From an uncultured Clostridiaceae bacterium (GTDB taxonomy: Bacteria; Bacillota_I; Bacilli_A; RFN20; CAG-288), in the NCBI GenBank assembly GCA_964444175.1, contig CAYUFI010000004.1, forward strand, positions 1-50,942: DNA of 50,942 nt. The letters are read 5' to 3'. The position numbers were made by a program, and so were the translations under genes. Within the stretch, counting starts at the first letter, position 1. Each line of letters begins with the position of its first letter. Under the pieces are notes generated by a model that was given only the letters and a program-made list of their open reading frames with translations, did no database searches and was not told where the DNA came from. Below are positions 13,996 through 22,323 of this stretch, piece after piece.

Positions 13996-16827
13996 CTACG
14001 CGCAGTATTTGGGAAGATATTTCCGCAGATACTGACCCGTGTAGGAAGATGCGCATTCGGCGACCTGTTCGGGCGTTCCCTCCACGACGACCTGTCCGCC
14101 CCGGTCTCCGCCTTCGGGCCCGAGGTCGACGATCCAGTCGGCGCACTTGATGAAATCGAGGTTGTGCTCGATGACGATGACCGTGTTGCCCTGCTCGACG
14201 AAGCGGTCGAGGACTTTGACCAGGCGGGAGATATCGTCGATATGTAGACCCGTTGTCGGTTCGTCGAGGATGTAGAGCGTGTCCCCAGTCGAGGCTTTCT
14301 CGAGTTCGTACGCGAGCTTGACGCGCTGCGACTCGCCGCCGGAAAGGGTCGGAGAACCCTGGCCGATGCGGATATATCCCAGTCCGACGTCCACGAGCGT
14401 CTGCAGCTTCTTCCGGATCGAAGGAACGTCCGCAAAGAAATCAACCGCTTCTTCCGCGCGCATGTTCAAAACGTCGTAGATGCTCTTGCCGTGGTAGAGG
14501 CAGGAGAGGATCTCGTCGGTATATCTCTTCCCGTGGCAGACCGGGCAGGTCACGTAGACGTCCGGCATGAACGCCATCGAGATCTTCGTGACGCCGTTGC
14601 CCTGGCAGGCTTCGCACCGCCCGCCCTTGGTGTTGAACGAGAACGAAGACTTCGTGAAGCCCTTAAGCTTAGCCTCCCTCGTCTCGGCGAACACCGCGCG
14701 GATGTCGTCGAAGACGTTGATGTACGTCGCCGGGTTCGAGCGCGGGGTCGCCCCGATCGGATCCTGGTCGACGTTGATGACCTTGTCGAAATACTTCAGT
14801 CCGTCGATCTTCGTGTATTCTCCCGGCGTTTCCTTGCTGGAACCGAGTTGTCTTCTCAAAGCTTTATAGAGGATTTCGTTCACGAGCGAGGATTTTCCCG
14901 AGCCCGAGACGCCCGTCACGAGGTTCAGCGCCCCCGTCTTGAACGTGACGTCGATATTCTTCAGGTTGTGGCATCTCGCCCCGCGGACCACGAGCTTGTG
15001 GACGCCCGGACGACGGAATTCCGGAACCGGGATCGATTTCTTTCCGCTCAGGTACTGTCCGGTGATTGAATCCGGGACGTTCACGATCCCTTCGGGTTTT
15101 CCGGCGTACATGATTTTTCCGCCGTGGTCGCCCGCGCCCGGTCCGACGTCGACTAGGAAGTCGGCCGCCCTCATCGTGTCCGTATCGTGTTCGACGACGA
15201 TCAGGGTGTTCCCGAGATCGCGCATTTCCTTCATGGTTTTGATCAGACGGTCGTTGTCGCGCTGGTGCAGCCCGATCGACGGTTCGTCGAGGACGTAGAC
15301 GATGCCCGAAAGCTTCGACCCGATCTGGGTCGCCAGGCGGATGCGCTGGGATTCGCCGCCGGAGAGCGTCATCGCCTCCCGGCTCAGCGTCAGATAGTCG
15401 AGTCCGACGTCGCAGAGGAACTGCAGGCGGTTGCGGATCTCGTTCACGACCATGTCCGCGATGGCGTGCTGCGTCTCGGTGAGATGAATGTTCCTGAACC
15501 ATTCGAGGCACTCGTTCAGAGGCATGCGGCAGACGTCGTCGATGTTCTTCCCGTCGACGTAGATGGCCAGAACCTTTTCGTTCAGACGCGCCCCGTGGCA
15601 GGTCGGGCATTCGCGGGAACTCATGAACGTCCCGTAGTACTCCTTCATCCACGACGAGGTCGTGTTCTGATAGAGGCGGTTCAGCTTGGTCAAAGCCCCT
15701 TCGGCGGCGGTCTTGTTGAGCGTCGAGCCGTTTCTCGTCTTCACGGTGTACCGCACTGGTTCCTTCGGACCGTAGAAGACGATGTCCTTCTGGGCCTTGG
15801 TCAGGGAGCGGAACGGTTTGTCGAGAGGAATCTTGTAGGCTTTGCAGATATGCTCCAGGTCGAGCCAGTCCATGGTCTCGACCTCCTGCTTATTCACCGA
15901 GTAGAAGCGCAGAGCCCCTTCCTCGATGGAAAGGTCCGGGTTCGGGACGAGCAGATCCGGGTCGGCCGAAATGATTTCGCCTAAGCCCTTGCAGTCCGGG
16001 CAGCAGCCGAGCGGGTTATTGAACGAGAACAGGCGCGGTTCGATCTCCGGGACGGAGAACCCGCAGACCGGGCAGGAATGGTGTTCCGAATAGAGCTTCT
16101 CCTCCCCGTCAGCGGACACGTTCACGTATCCGTTCCCGATGTCCAGGGCGGATTTCACCGCTTCGAGGACGCGCTCTTTGGAATCCGGTTTGAGGACGAT
16201 GCGGTCGATCACGATGTAGATCGTGTGCTTCGCGTTCTTGTCGAGAAGAGGGACGGTCTGGTAACGCTGTTCCGCTTCCGCGTCAATCTTCATCCGGTTG
16301 AAGCCCGCTTTCAAAAATTTCGCGATGTCGTCGGCGAACGTCCCCTTCTCGTTCCGCGCGAGCGGGGCCATGACCTCGATATGGGTCCCTTCCGGACGAT
16401 CCATGATTAGATTCGCGATCTGCTGGGCCGTCAAGGCTTCGATCTTGATGTGGTGGTGCGGGCAGTACGCCTCCCCGATGCGCCCGAAGAGAAGACGCAG
16501 GTAGTCGTAAATCTCCGTGACCGTCCCGACCGTCGAGCGCGGGTTGTGGGACTTGGTCTTCTGGTCGATCGAAATCGTCGGGGTCAGTCCGTCGATCGAA
16601 TCGACGTCCGGCTTCTCGTACGAGCCTAAGAACTGGCGGGCGTACGAGGAAAGGGACTCGACGTAGCGTCTCTGCCCTTCGGCGAAGATCGTGTCGAACG
16701 CCAGGGTCGACTTGCCCGAGCCGGACACGCCCGTGAAGACGACCAGCGCGTTCTTCGGAATGGTCAGATCGACGTTCTTCAGATTGTTTTCCCTCGCCCC
16801 TTTGATAACGATTTCTTCTTTATCCAT
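13996..16827 (-). CDS. uvrA: Excinuclease ABC subunit A
   Basis: Two ABC P-loops (GVSGSGKST and GVSGSGKSS), two LSGGE signatures, and zinc modules CPVCGF...CPDCKG and CEACQGNG...CPVCHG. 943 aa. Confidence 0.97.
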   Translation of the reverse strand: MDKEEIVIKGARENNLKNVDLTIPKNALVVFTGVSGSGKSTLAFDTIFAEGQRRYVESLSSYARQFLGSYEKPDVDSIDGLTPTISIDQKTKSHNPRSTVGTVTEIYDYLRLLFGRIGEAYCPHHHIKIEALTAQQIANLIMDRPEGTHIEVMAPLARNEKGTFADDIAKFLKAGFNRMKIDAEAEQRYQTVPLLDKNAKHTIYIVIDRIVLKPDSKERVLEAVKSALDIGNGYVNVSADGEEKLYSEHHSCPVCGFSVPEIEPRLFSFNNPLGCCPDCKGLGEIISADPDLLVPNPDLSIEEGALRFYSVNKQEVETMDWLDLEHICKAYKIPLDKPFRSLTKAQKDIVFYGPKEPVRYTVKTRNGSTLNKTAAEGALTKLNRLYQNTTSSWMKEYYGTFMSSRECPTCHGARLNEKVLAIYVDGKNIDDVCRMPLNECLEWFRNIHLTETQHAIADMVVNEIRNRLQFLCDVGLDYLTLSREAMTLSGGESQRIRLATQIGSKLSGIVYVLDEPSIGLHQRDNDRLIKTMKEMRDLGNTLIVVEHDTDTMRAADFLVDVGPGAGDHGGKIMYAGKPEGIVNVPDSITGQYLSGKKSIPVPEFRRPGVHKLVVRGARCHNLKNIDVTFKTGALNLVTGVSGSGKSSLVNEILYKALRRQLGSSKETPGEYTKIDGLKYFDKVINVDQDPIGATPRSNPATYINVFDDIRAVFAETREAKLKGFTKSSFSFNTKGGRCEACQGNGVTKISMAFMPDVYVTCPVCHGKRYTDEILSCLYHGKSIYDVLNMRAEEAVDFFADVPSIRKKLQTLVDVGLGYIRIGQGSPTLSGGESQRVKLAYELEKASTGDTLYILDEPTTGLHIDDISRLVKVLDRFVEQGNTVIVIEHNLDFIKCADWIVDLGPEGGDRGGQVVVEGTPEQVAECASSYTGQYLRKYLPKYCA

Positions 16828-16959
16828 ACTCGTAAAACCTCGTGAATCATTATATCGGAAAAAGCCTTCCCTCTCTCCGGATTTACACCGAAACTTGCGC
16901 CTGCTTTTTTTCGAAGAGAAGAAAGGCCGGAATCTCCGTCCTGAAACCGGACTTCCGGA

Positions 16960-17754
16960 TCAGCGGAACATCATGTCCGGGTTCATCTCGCCCGGATCCT
17001 TCCAGTCGATCCCGCGCTTCTTAAACGCTTCCTTGATGATCGCCCAGCGTTCCTGCGGGGTCGTCGTCGTTTTCTTGTCGATCTCGGCGTACGCCTCTTC
17101 CATGACTTCGTCGTAGGCCTTCTGGAATTCTTCGCTCGCCTCGACCGGATCGTGCTTCAGGTACCCTCTTCCCTCGAGAGCCGAGATCGGAAGGGCGCTC
17201 GCGTCCTTGTAGGTCGACTCGAGCTCTTCCTTCGTCGGCAAGAACGAAGGATCCGTCCGGTCGTAGACGAGGTTGATCAGTTCCTTCTGCTTGAATCCGG
17301 CCGCAAGAGCCAAAGGCAGCCCGGCGTCCAGAGCGAGCCTGTCGGCCGCGCCGTAGGCCCTGGCCGCGTCTTCAAAATCCATGAACGAGGAAATGTCCTG
17401 ACCGAGGGCGGCCAGCGCCTGGCAGATCGCTTCGGCTTCCTTCCCTGCCAATTCGGATGAAGCGTAGTTCTCGTAGATCCTTAACGCTTCCCTGGCGTAG
17501 ATCCTTCCTCTCCAGGAATGCATGTTCAGACGGAAGGCGCGGACGATCATGCAGTCGAGGGCCGCGACGTCGATCGCGTCCTGCATCATGCCGTGGTCCT
17601 TCAGGTTGTTCTTTAAGGACACCAGCATCTCCCCGACCCCGTCCGTGCGGTAACTCTTCAGATCCGCGACGCACGCCTGATAGATTTCCTTGACCTGCGC
17701 GTCCGTGAGACGGATGTTTTCCTTCAGTAAATCCAACGCTTCCTGTCTTTCCAT
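16960..17754 (-). CDS. Hypothetical soluble protein (no domain recognised)
   Basis: 264-aa ORF with coding-like composition. It has its own extended -10 promoter and a hairpin after the stop. No TM segments and no motif I can assign. Confidence 0.6.
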   Translation of the reverse strand: MERQEALDLLKENIRLTDAQVKEIYQACVADLKSYRTDGVGEMLVSLKNNLKDHGMMQDAIDVAALDCMIVRAFRLNMHSWRGRIYAREALRIYENYASSELAGKEAEAICQALAALGQDISSFMDFEDAARAYGAADRLALDAGLPLALAAGFKQKELINLVYDRTDPSFLPTKEELESTYKDASALPISALEGRGYLKHDPVEASEEFQKAYDEVMEEAYAEIDKKTTTTPQERWAIIKEAFKKRGIDWKDPGEMNPDMMFR

Positions 17755-17778
17755 GTTCCTTCTTTCCTTCCGGAGAAA

Positions 17779-17787
17779 ATTATACCA
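17779..17787 (-). promoter_or_regulatory. Extended -10 promoter (TGgTATAAT) for the 264-aa hypothetical gene
   Basis: The minus strand reads ATGGTATAAT about 25 nt upstream of the ATG at 17754. A TTGGAT -35-like hexamer lies 16 nt upstream. Confidence 0.55.
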
Positions 17788-17860
17788 TCCTCTTCCTTAT
17801 ATCCAAGGAAGGACGCGCGGAAAAGCCGGTTCTTGCCGTAAAAAAGAAACGGGAATTCCC

Positions 17861-19747
17861 TTACTTTCCGAAAACCGAATCCCAAATCTCCGCGTCGGAG
17901 GAATCCTTAGAAAGATCCGTCCGGGTCAGAACGACGTCCTCCGGGCGTTTCCCTTTATACGAGTAATCTCCGCCTTCAGGCAGAACGACCACGCGTTTCC
18001 CGTCCTCGATCCCGTAATAGACGGACGAATCCGTTTCGACGGGCAACCCGTCCTTGAACGAAGCGACGAGCGTATTTCCGTCATAGAACTCACCGGTGAA
18101 CGCGGACTCCGATACGAGCGTGTAATATTCGGAAGAGTACGGAAGGATGTTCGAAGCGTAATCCGGATCCTCGGCGGAAATATACGCGAAGTTCGTTTCG
18201 AAACTGTGGGAATACGCCAGTTTCACCAGTCCCATCAGAACGCTCTGCGCCGAAATCCCGTTCATTTTCTCTTCGGTCAAGGAAGAAACGCCTAAAAGCG
18301 TGCATAAGGCGCTCGGATCTATTTCCTTCACGCGCAGAAGCGAAAAGACCAGGCCCTTCGTCCCCTCTCTAAGGGTTTGTTCTTCCGGTTCGAACGGAAT
18401 CTTCGGATTCAGTTCCTCGAAGAACGGGACGAGAAGGGAAGTCATTTCCGCTCCGTTTCCCGAAACGAACGCGGAAATCAGAGCGGATTTCTTTTCGTCC
18501 GTGAAATACGCGTCCGCTTCGTCCGAGAGGGTGTTCGCGGAGAAAGTAGAATCCTTCGCGTTAATCGAGACCAAGAGCGGGACGAGGAGATCCTGCAAAG
18601 ATGAGACGTACGTCCGGCGGTCTCCGATCCCTTCCCCGAGAGCGGAAACCAGTCCGTCTAGGAATCTTCCCTGCTTGGGATGGATTCTCACGTCCTGAAC
18701 GCTGTAGACGGACGTTCCGACCGTCTCGCTCCCGAAGTAGTTCCACGAGGAATACGGGAAGCTGTCCAGCGCGGTCCCGAAGAGGGCGTTAAACTGATTC
18801 AGGGCTTCTTTCTGGGTTTCCGCGTAGTACAGGCTATAAGGGTTATTCAAAACGTGGTCGGTGCCGTACCTCGTGAAGGAAAGGTTCTTCATCGGCACGG
18901 ACGGAACGATGTCCGAAACGTTCACGACATTGAAGATATTCGCGTATTTGCTTCCTTTTTGTTCTTTCTTCTCTTCTTCGGAATCATACTGGACGGTCCT
19001 CGCCGGTTCGAGGCAGTAGAAGAAGCAGCGTTCTTTCGACAGAGCGGAATCCGGGGATTCTTCAATCGCCCGGTCGACTTTCGCCCCGACCAGGTTCAAG
19101 ACGCTCCCGCCGCGGGAATATCCGCTTCCCCAGAGGACGGCTTTTCCCGATACATTCTTTTGCAGATATTCGTTTAACGAAGAAAAGACCGTATCCGCGG
19201 CTTTTTGGAATCCGAGATGTTCCCCGTTTCCGGGCCCGACCTCGAAGTTCCCGCCCCATTCCGAACCGTAATCCGAGCTGCGAATGCCGAGATATACCAG
19301 GCTGTCCCCGCCGGAAAGTTCCTTCCTGGCGAAGAAATACGCGACGGAATCCTGTTCAGGATTGCCGTCGAATCCGCACGCTTCGAATCCTGTGAACCCG
19401 AGACGGGTCAGGATGTGTTTGATCCCGCTGCTCTGGTTCGATAAAGCCGTCGACGAGCGGGAGGAAAGCAATAAGGACGCCGCGGCGATCTTCGGAGAAT
19501 ACGAGAAAGAGGAATCCGAGAAATACGAGTCGGAGTAATGCAGTTTTGTCGGGCCTTTCGTCATATACTGGGCCGGTAGGGCGAAGTCGATCGTCTTCTC
19601 TTCTTCCTCCCGGGAAGAAATCGAAGAGGACGAATCAAAAGAACTGGCGGAAGCTTCCGAAACGGAGGAAGATGCGTCCTTCGAGCAGGCTCCTAATAAG
19701 AGGGCACCGGCCAAGAACAGAGCGAGGAATTTCTGTTTTCTTTCCAT
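17861..19747 (-). CDS. Lipoprotein with lipase-like alpha/beta-hydrolase domain
   Basis: Signal peptide with lipobox MERKQKFLALFLAGALLLGAC, a Ser-rich linker, and a GxSxG nucleophile elbow in the context VLWGSGYSRGGSVLNL. Confidence 0.7.
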   Translation of the reverse strand: MERKQKFLALFLAGALLLGACSKDASSSVSEASASSFDSSSSISSREEEEKTIDFALPAQYMTKGPTKLHYSDSYFSDSSFSYSPKIAAASLLLSSRSSTALSNQSSGIKHILTRLGFTGFEACGFDGNPEQDSVAYFFARKELSGGDSLVYLGIRSSDYGSEWGGNFEVGPGNGEHLGFQKAADTVFSSLNEYLQKNVSGKAVLWGSGYSRGGSVLNLVGAKVDRAIEESPDSALSKERCFFYCLEPARTVQYDSEEEKKEQKGSKYANIFNVVNVSDIVPSVPMKNLSFTRYGTDHVLNNPYSLYYAETQKEALNQFNALFGTALDSFPYSSWNYFGSETVGTSVYSVQDVRIHPKQGRFLDGLVSALGEGIGDRRTYVSSLQDLLVPLLVSINAKDSTFSANTLSDEADAYFTDEKKSALISAFVSGNGAEMTSLLVPFFEELNPKIPFEPEEQTLREGTKGLVFSLLRVKEIDPSALCTLLGVSSLTEEKMNGISAQSVLMGLVKLAYSHSFETNFAYISAEDPDYASNILPYSSEYYTLVSESAFTGEFYDGNTLVASFKDGLPVETDSSVYYGIEDGKRVVVLPEGGDYSYKGKRPEDVVLTRTDLSKDSSDAEIWDSVFGK

Positions 19748-19753
19748 ACCTTC

Positions 19754-19762
19754 ATTCTACCA
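19754..19762 (-). promoter_or_regulatory. Extended -10 promoter (TGgTAGAAT) abutting the lipoprotein start codon
   Basis: The minus strand reads TGGTAGAAT-GAAGGT-ATG, so only 6 nt separate the -10 hexamer from the ATG at 19747. Confidence 0.45.
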
Positions 19763-19786
19763 CAGGAAGGGCCGCCTTCCGTCCTT

Positions 19787-19818
19787 ACAAAAAAGGGAAG
19801 GCGTATGAATTCCTTCCC
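19787..19818 (-). terminator. Intrinsic terminator downstream of the P1B ATPase
   Basis: Minus strand: 7-bp stem GGGAAGG/CCTTCCC with a 10-nt loop, followed by TTTTTTG. Confidence 0.7.
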
Positions 19819-19874
19819 CTTGCTTAACCGGTCTTAGGGGGGTCCGTTCTTCGGAATCCCCGTTCATTCCTGTT

Positions 19875-21800
19875 TTATTTCGAAACTTTGTATTTCTTCC
19901 AGAGGCGCATGTCGTTCAGGATCATCAGCAAGGTCATCCCCGTATCCGCGGTGACGGCGAGATACATGTTCGAGATGCCGAGGAAGGACAGGATCATGAT
20001 CGCCGCCTTGAACGCAATCGGAAGGACGATGTCCTCTAAGGCGATCTCCATGGTCTTTTTGGAAATCTTCTTGGTCAGAGCGAGCGTCTCGAGGTTGTCG
20101 TTCATGATGACGATGTCCGCCGACTCGTTCGCCGCGTCGCTCCCGAGCTGTCCCATCGAAACGCCGACGTCGGAAGCGAGCAAAGCCGGAGCGTCGTTGA
20201 TGCCGTCCCCGACGTAGACCGTCTTTTGGGAGTCTTTCTTGATTTCGCGGAGCTTCTCGAGCTTTTCCTGCGGGAGGAGTTCCCCTTCCGCCCGGTCGAG
20301 AGAGAGTTCCTTAGCGACGTCCTCGGCGATTCTCTTATTGTCCCCGGAGAGCATCACGAGGCTCTTCACCTTTTCCTTCTTCAGTTCCTTCATCGCGTCC
20401 GACGCGTTCTCCTTGACCGTGTCCGAGACAATGACGTATCCGACGACTTCGTCCTTCGAAGCCATGTAGATCACCTTGTACGGGCTCTCCACGTCGGTCA
20501 CGGACGGATTCACCGAGACGATGTAGGAATAATCCCCGACGAAATAGGTCTTTCCGCCAAGCTTCCCAACGAGTCCTTTTCCCGGAACGTTCCTGAAATC
20601 CTGCACGTCCTCTAGTTTCATCCCGTTGGCGCTCTCTAAGATTGACACGGCGATCGGATGGGTTGAATTCGCCTCGAACGAAGCGATTTTCCTCAAAGCT
20701 TCTTCCGAGCTCACTTCGCGGACGTGGAACTTCCCTTTGGTCAGCGTCCCCGTCTTATCGAAGACGAACGTATCCGCCTTGGCGAAATTCTCCAGGGCGT
20801 CCCCGCCCTTGATCAGAATCCCGTAACGGGACGCGCGTCCGATCGAGATGAAGAACGCCAGCGGGACCGAAATGACGATCGCGCACGGGCAGGAGATGAT
20901 GAGGATGTTGCACGCCTGGTATAAAGCGTCGTGCCAGCCGCTCTCCCAGCCTCTGACGCCCCAGCCGATAACAAATGTCAGCAGCGCGACAAGGATGGCG
21001 CTCGGCGTGTAGTATTTAGCGAACTTATCGATGAAACGCTCGGATTTCGCGCGTTTTTTCTCTTCATTATGGACCAAATCGAGCACTTTCGACAGGGTCG
21101 AATTCTTGAATTCCTTCTCCGTCCTTAAAAGCAGGACCCCGTTTCCATTCACCGAGCCCGAGAAGACCTTCGAGCCTTCTAAGACTTCGATCGGCGCGGA
21201 TTCGCCGGATAAGGAAGACGTGTCGAGCGTCGAATTCCCGGCGACGACCGTTCCATCGATCGGGACTTTCTCCCCCGGCAGGATCTTTAAGACTGAGCCG
21301 ACTTCGACACTTTCAGGATCCGCGTCGTGCGCGTTTCCTTCCCCGTCCACCACGTGGGCGAGTAGCGGCATGTCGTTGATGAGGTTCTCAATGGATTCCT
21401 TCGAGCGGTCCGAAGCGAGGTCCTCGAAGAATTCCCCGAGCTGATAAAGGGCCAAAACGAACACGGCCTCGTCGTAGGACTGCAGCGCCATCGCGGAGAC
21501 GGACGCCACGATCATCAGGAACGTCTCGTTCAGGATGTCCTTCTTCGCCCAGCCGGCGAACATCGAGAGCACGACGTCGTAGGCGATGAGGACGTAGGCG
21601 GAAATCGCCATCGTCAGAAGCGCCGGATACGGAATTCCTTCGATCTTCGTCGCGCAGAAGACCAGCGCGAGGGAAACGGCGATCCGGACGAACGTCCAGA
21701 TTCCTTTCGCTTTTCCCTTGAAGGGCCAGCCGAGCAGCTCTTCGTCGCCGTCTTCTTCTTCGCAGTCGCATTCAGGTTTTCTGTTCTCTTCCTTTTCCAT
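19875..21800 (-). CDS. Heavy-metal-translocating P1B-type ATPase (Cd/Zn/Co-like)
   Basis: TM6 CPC motif (IISCPCAIV), DKTGTLT, GDGINDAP, and a short Cys/acidic N-terminus (KPECDCEEEDGDEE). I prefer the ATG at 21800, with AGGAG 9 nt upstream. The alternative ATG at 21842 forms an ATGA overlap with the ArsR stop. The rest of the 768-aa ORF is an out-of-frame extension over arsR. Confidence 0.85.
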   Translation of the reverse strand: MEKEENRKPECDCEEEDGDEELLGWPFKGKAKGIWTFVRIAVSLALVFCATKIEGIPYPALLTMAISAYVLIAYDVVLSMFAGWAKKDILNETFLMIVASVSAMALQSYDEAVFVLALYQLGEFFEDLASDRSKESIENLINDMPLLAHVVDGEGNAHDADPESVEVGSVLKILPGEKVPIDGTVVAGNSTLDTSSLSGESAPIEVLEGSKVFSGSVNGNGVLLLRTEKEFKNSTLSKVLDLVHNEEKKRAKSERFIDKFAKYYTPSAILVALLTFVIGWGVRGWESGWHDALYQACNILIISCPCAIVISVPLAFFISIGRASRYGILIKGGDALENFAKADTFVFDKTGTLTKGKFHVREVSSEEALRKIASFEANSTHPIAVSILESANGMKLEDVQDFRNVPGKGLVGKLGGKTYFVGDYSYIVSVNPSVTDVESPYKVIYMASKDEVVGYVIVSDTVKENASDAMKELKKEKVKSLVMLSGDNKRIAEDVAKELSLDRAEGELLPQEKLEKLREIKKDSQKTVYVGDGINDAPALLASDVGVSMGQLGSDAANESADIVIMNDNLETLALTKKISKKTMEIALEDIVLPIAFKAAIMILSFLGISNMYLAVTADTGMTLLMILNDMRLWKKYKVSK

Positions 21801-21838
21801 AGGCTTTCGCTCCTTTCCGATGAACCGCCAGAGGTTTT

Positions 21839-22201
21839 TCATTCTTTTTCCCGGATGTGCTCGAGGCCCATCTCGAAAATCTTTTGGACGTGTTCGTCCT
21901 TCAGGCGGTAAATGACCTGTTTCCCGCGCTTCTGGTAGCTCACGAGATCGTTCGCCTTCAAAACCGCGAGGTGATGGGACACATTCGACTGGGTCGTGTT
22001 CAGACCCGCCGCGAGGTCGCACACGCACATCTCGTTCTCGAACAGGGAGTAGATGATCTTGATCCGCATCGGATCGGCGAAGACGCCGTACAGCATGCCG
22101 AGCTTGTTGAACTCTTCCTGCGGCAGCATCGATTCCTTCAACTTCTCCACGAGTTCCCTGTCGACTTTCCGGTTCTCGCACAATTCGATCTTTTCTTCCA
22201 C
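21839..22201 (-). CDS. ArsR/SmtB family metalloregulator
   Basis: Winged HTH with a metal-sensing Cys pair: EMCVCDLAAGLNTTQSNVSHHLAVLKANDLV. I place the start at GTG 22201, preceded by AGGAGG at 6 nt. The ORF-track ATG at 22252 would put the start inside the promoter/operator. Confidence 0.85.
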   Translation of the reverse strand: MEEKIELCENRKVDRELVEKLKESMLPQEEFNKLGMLYGVFADPMRIKIIYSLFENEMCVCDLAAGLNTTQSNVSHHLAVLKANDLVSYQKRGKQVIYRLKDEHVQKIFEMGLEHIREKE

Positions 22202-22222
22202 GGGCCGTCCTCCTGTTGAACG

Positions 22223-22240
22223 TATGAACAAACGTTCATA
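22223..22240. promoter_or_regulatory. 7-4-7 inverted repeat TATGAAC-aaac-GTTCATA, candidate ArsR operator
   Basis: Perfect 7-bp arms lie between a TTGCAT-N16-TACACT promoter-like element and the arsR SD. Confidence 0.55.
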
Positions 22241-22282
22241 TGTTGATACCATTAGTGTACTCCTCCCGAAAAGAAATGCAAT

Positions 22283-22318
22283 AAAAAAATTCCGAAAGAC
22301 ATCCCTCCTCCGGAATTC
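22283..22318 (-). terminator. Putative terminator downstream of recD
   Basis: Minus strand: 7-bp stem AATTCCG/CGGAATT with a 16-nt loop, followed by TTTTTTTA. Confidence 0.5.
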
Positions 22319-22323
22319 CGTTC

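Noticed and set aside
16828-16959. A LexA (Cheo box, GAAC-N4-GTTC) operator upstream of uvrA. Spacers upstream of recC (30756-30935) and sbcD (33412-33560) were checked as well.
   Set aside because: There is no GAAC-N4-GTTC match. The closest sequence is GAACTCGGCCTATGTTC at about 30837-30853, which has 9-nt spacing.
19875-22181. ORF-track N-terminal extensions: the 768-aa P1B ATPase, the 352-aa tmk (46320-47378), sbcC from 34630, recD from 24315, the dNK from 1677, arsR from 22252, and the membrane protein from 40270.
   Set aside because: The extensions overlap the upstream gene out of frame, are Arg-rich, and lack an SD. In every case an internal start with a good SD or an ATGA/TAATG coupling junction reproduces the normal family length.
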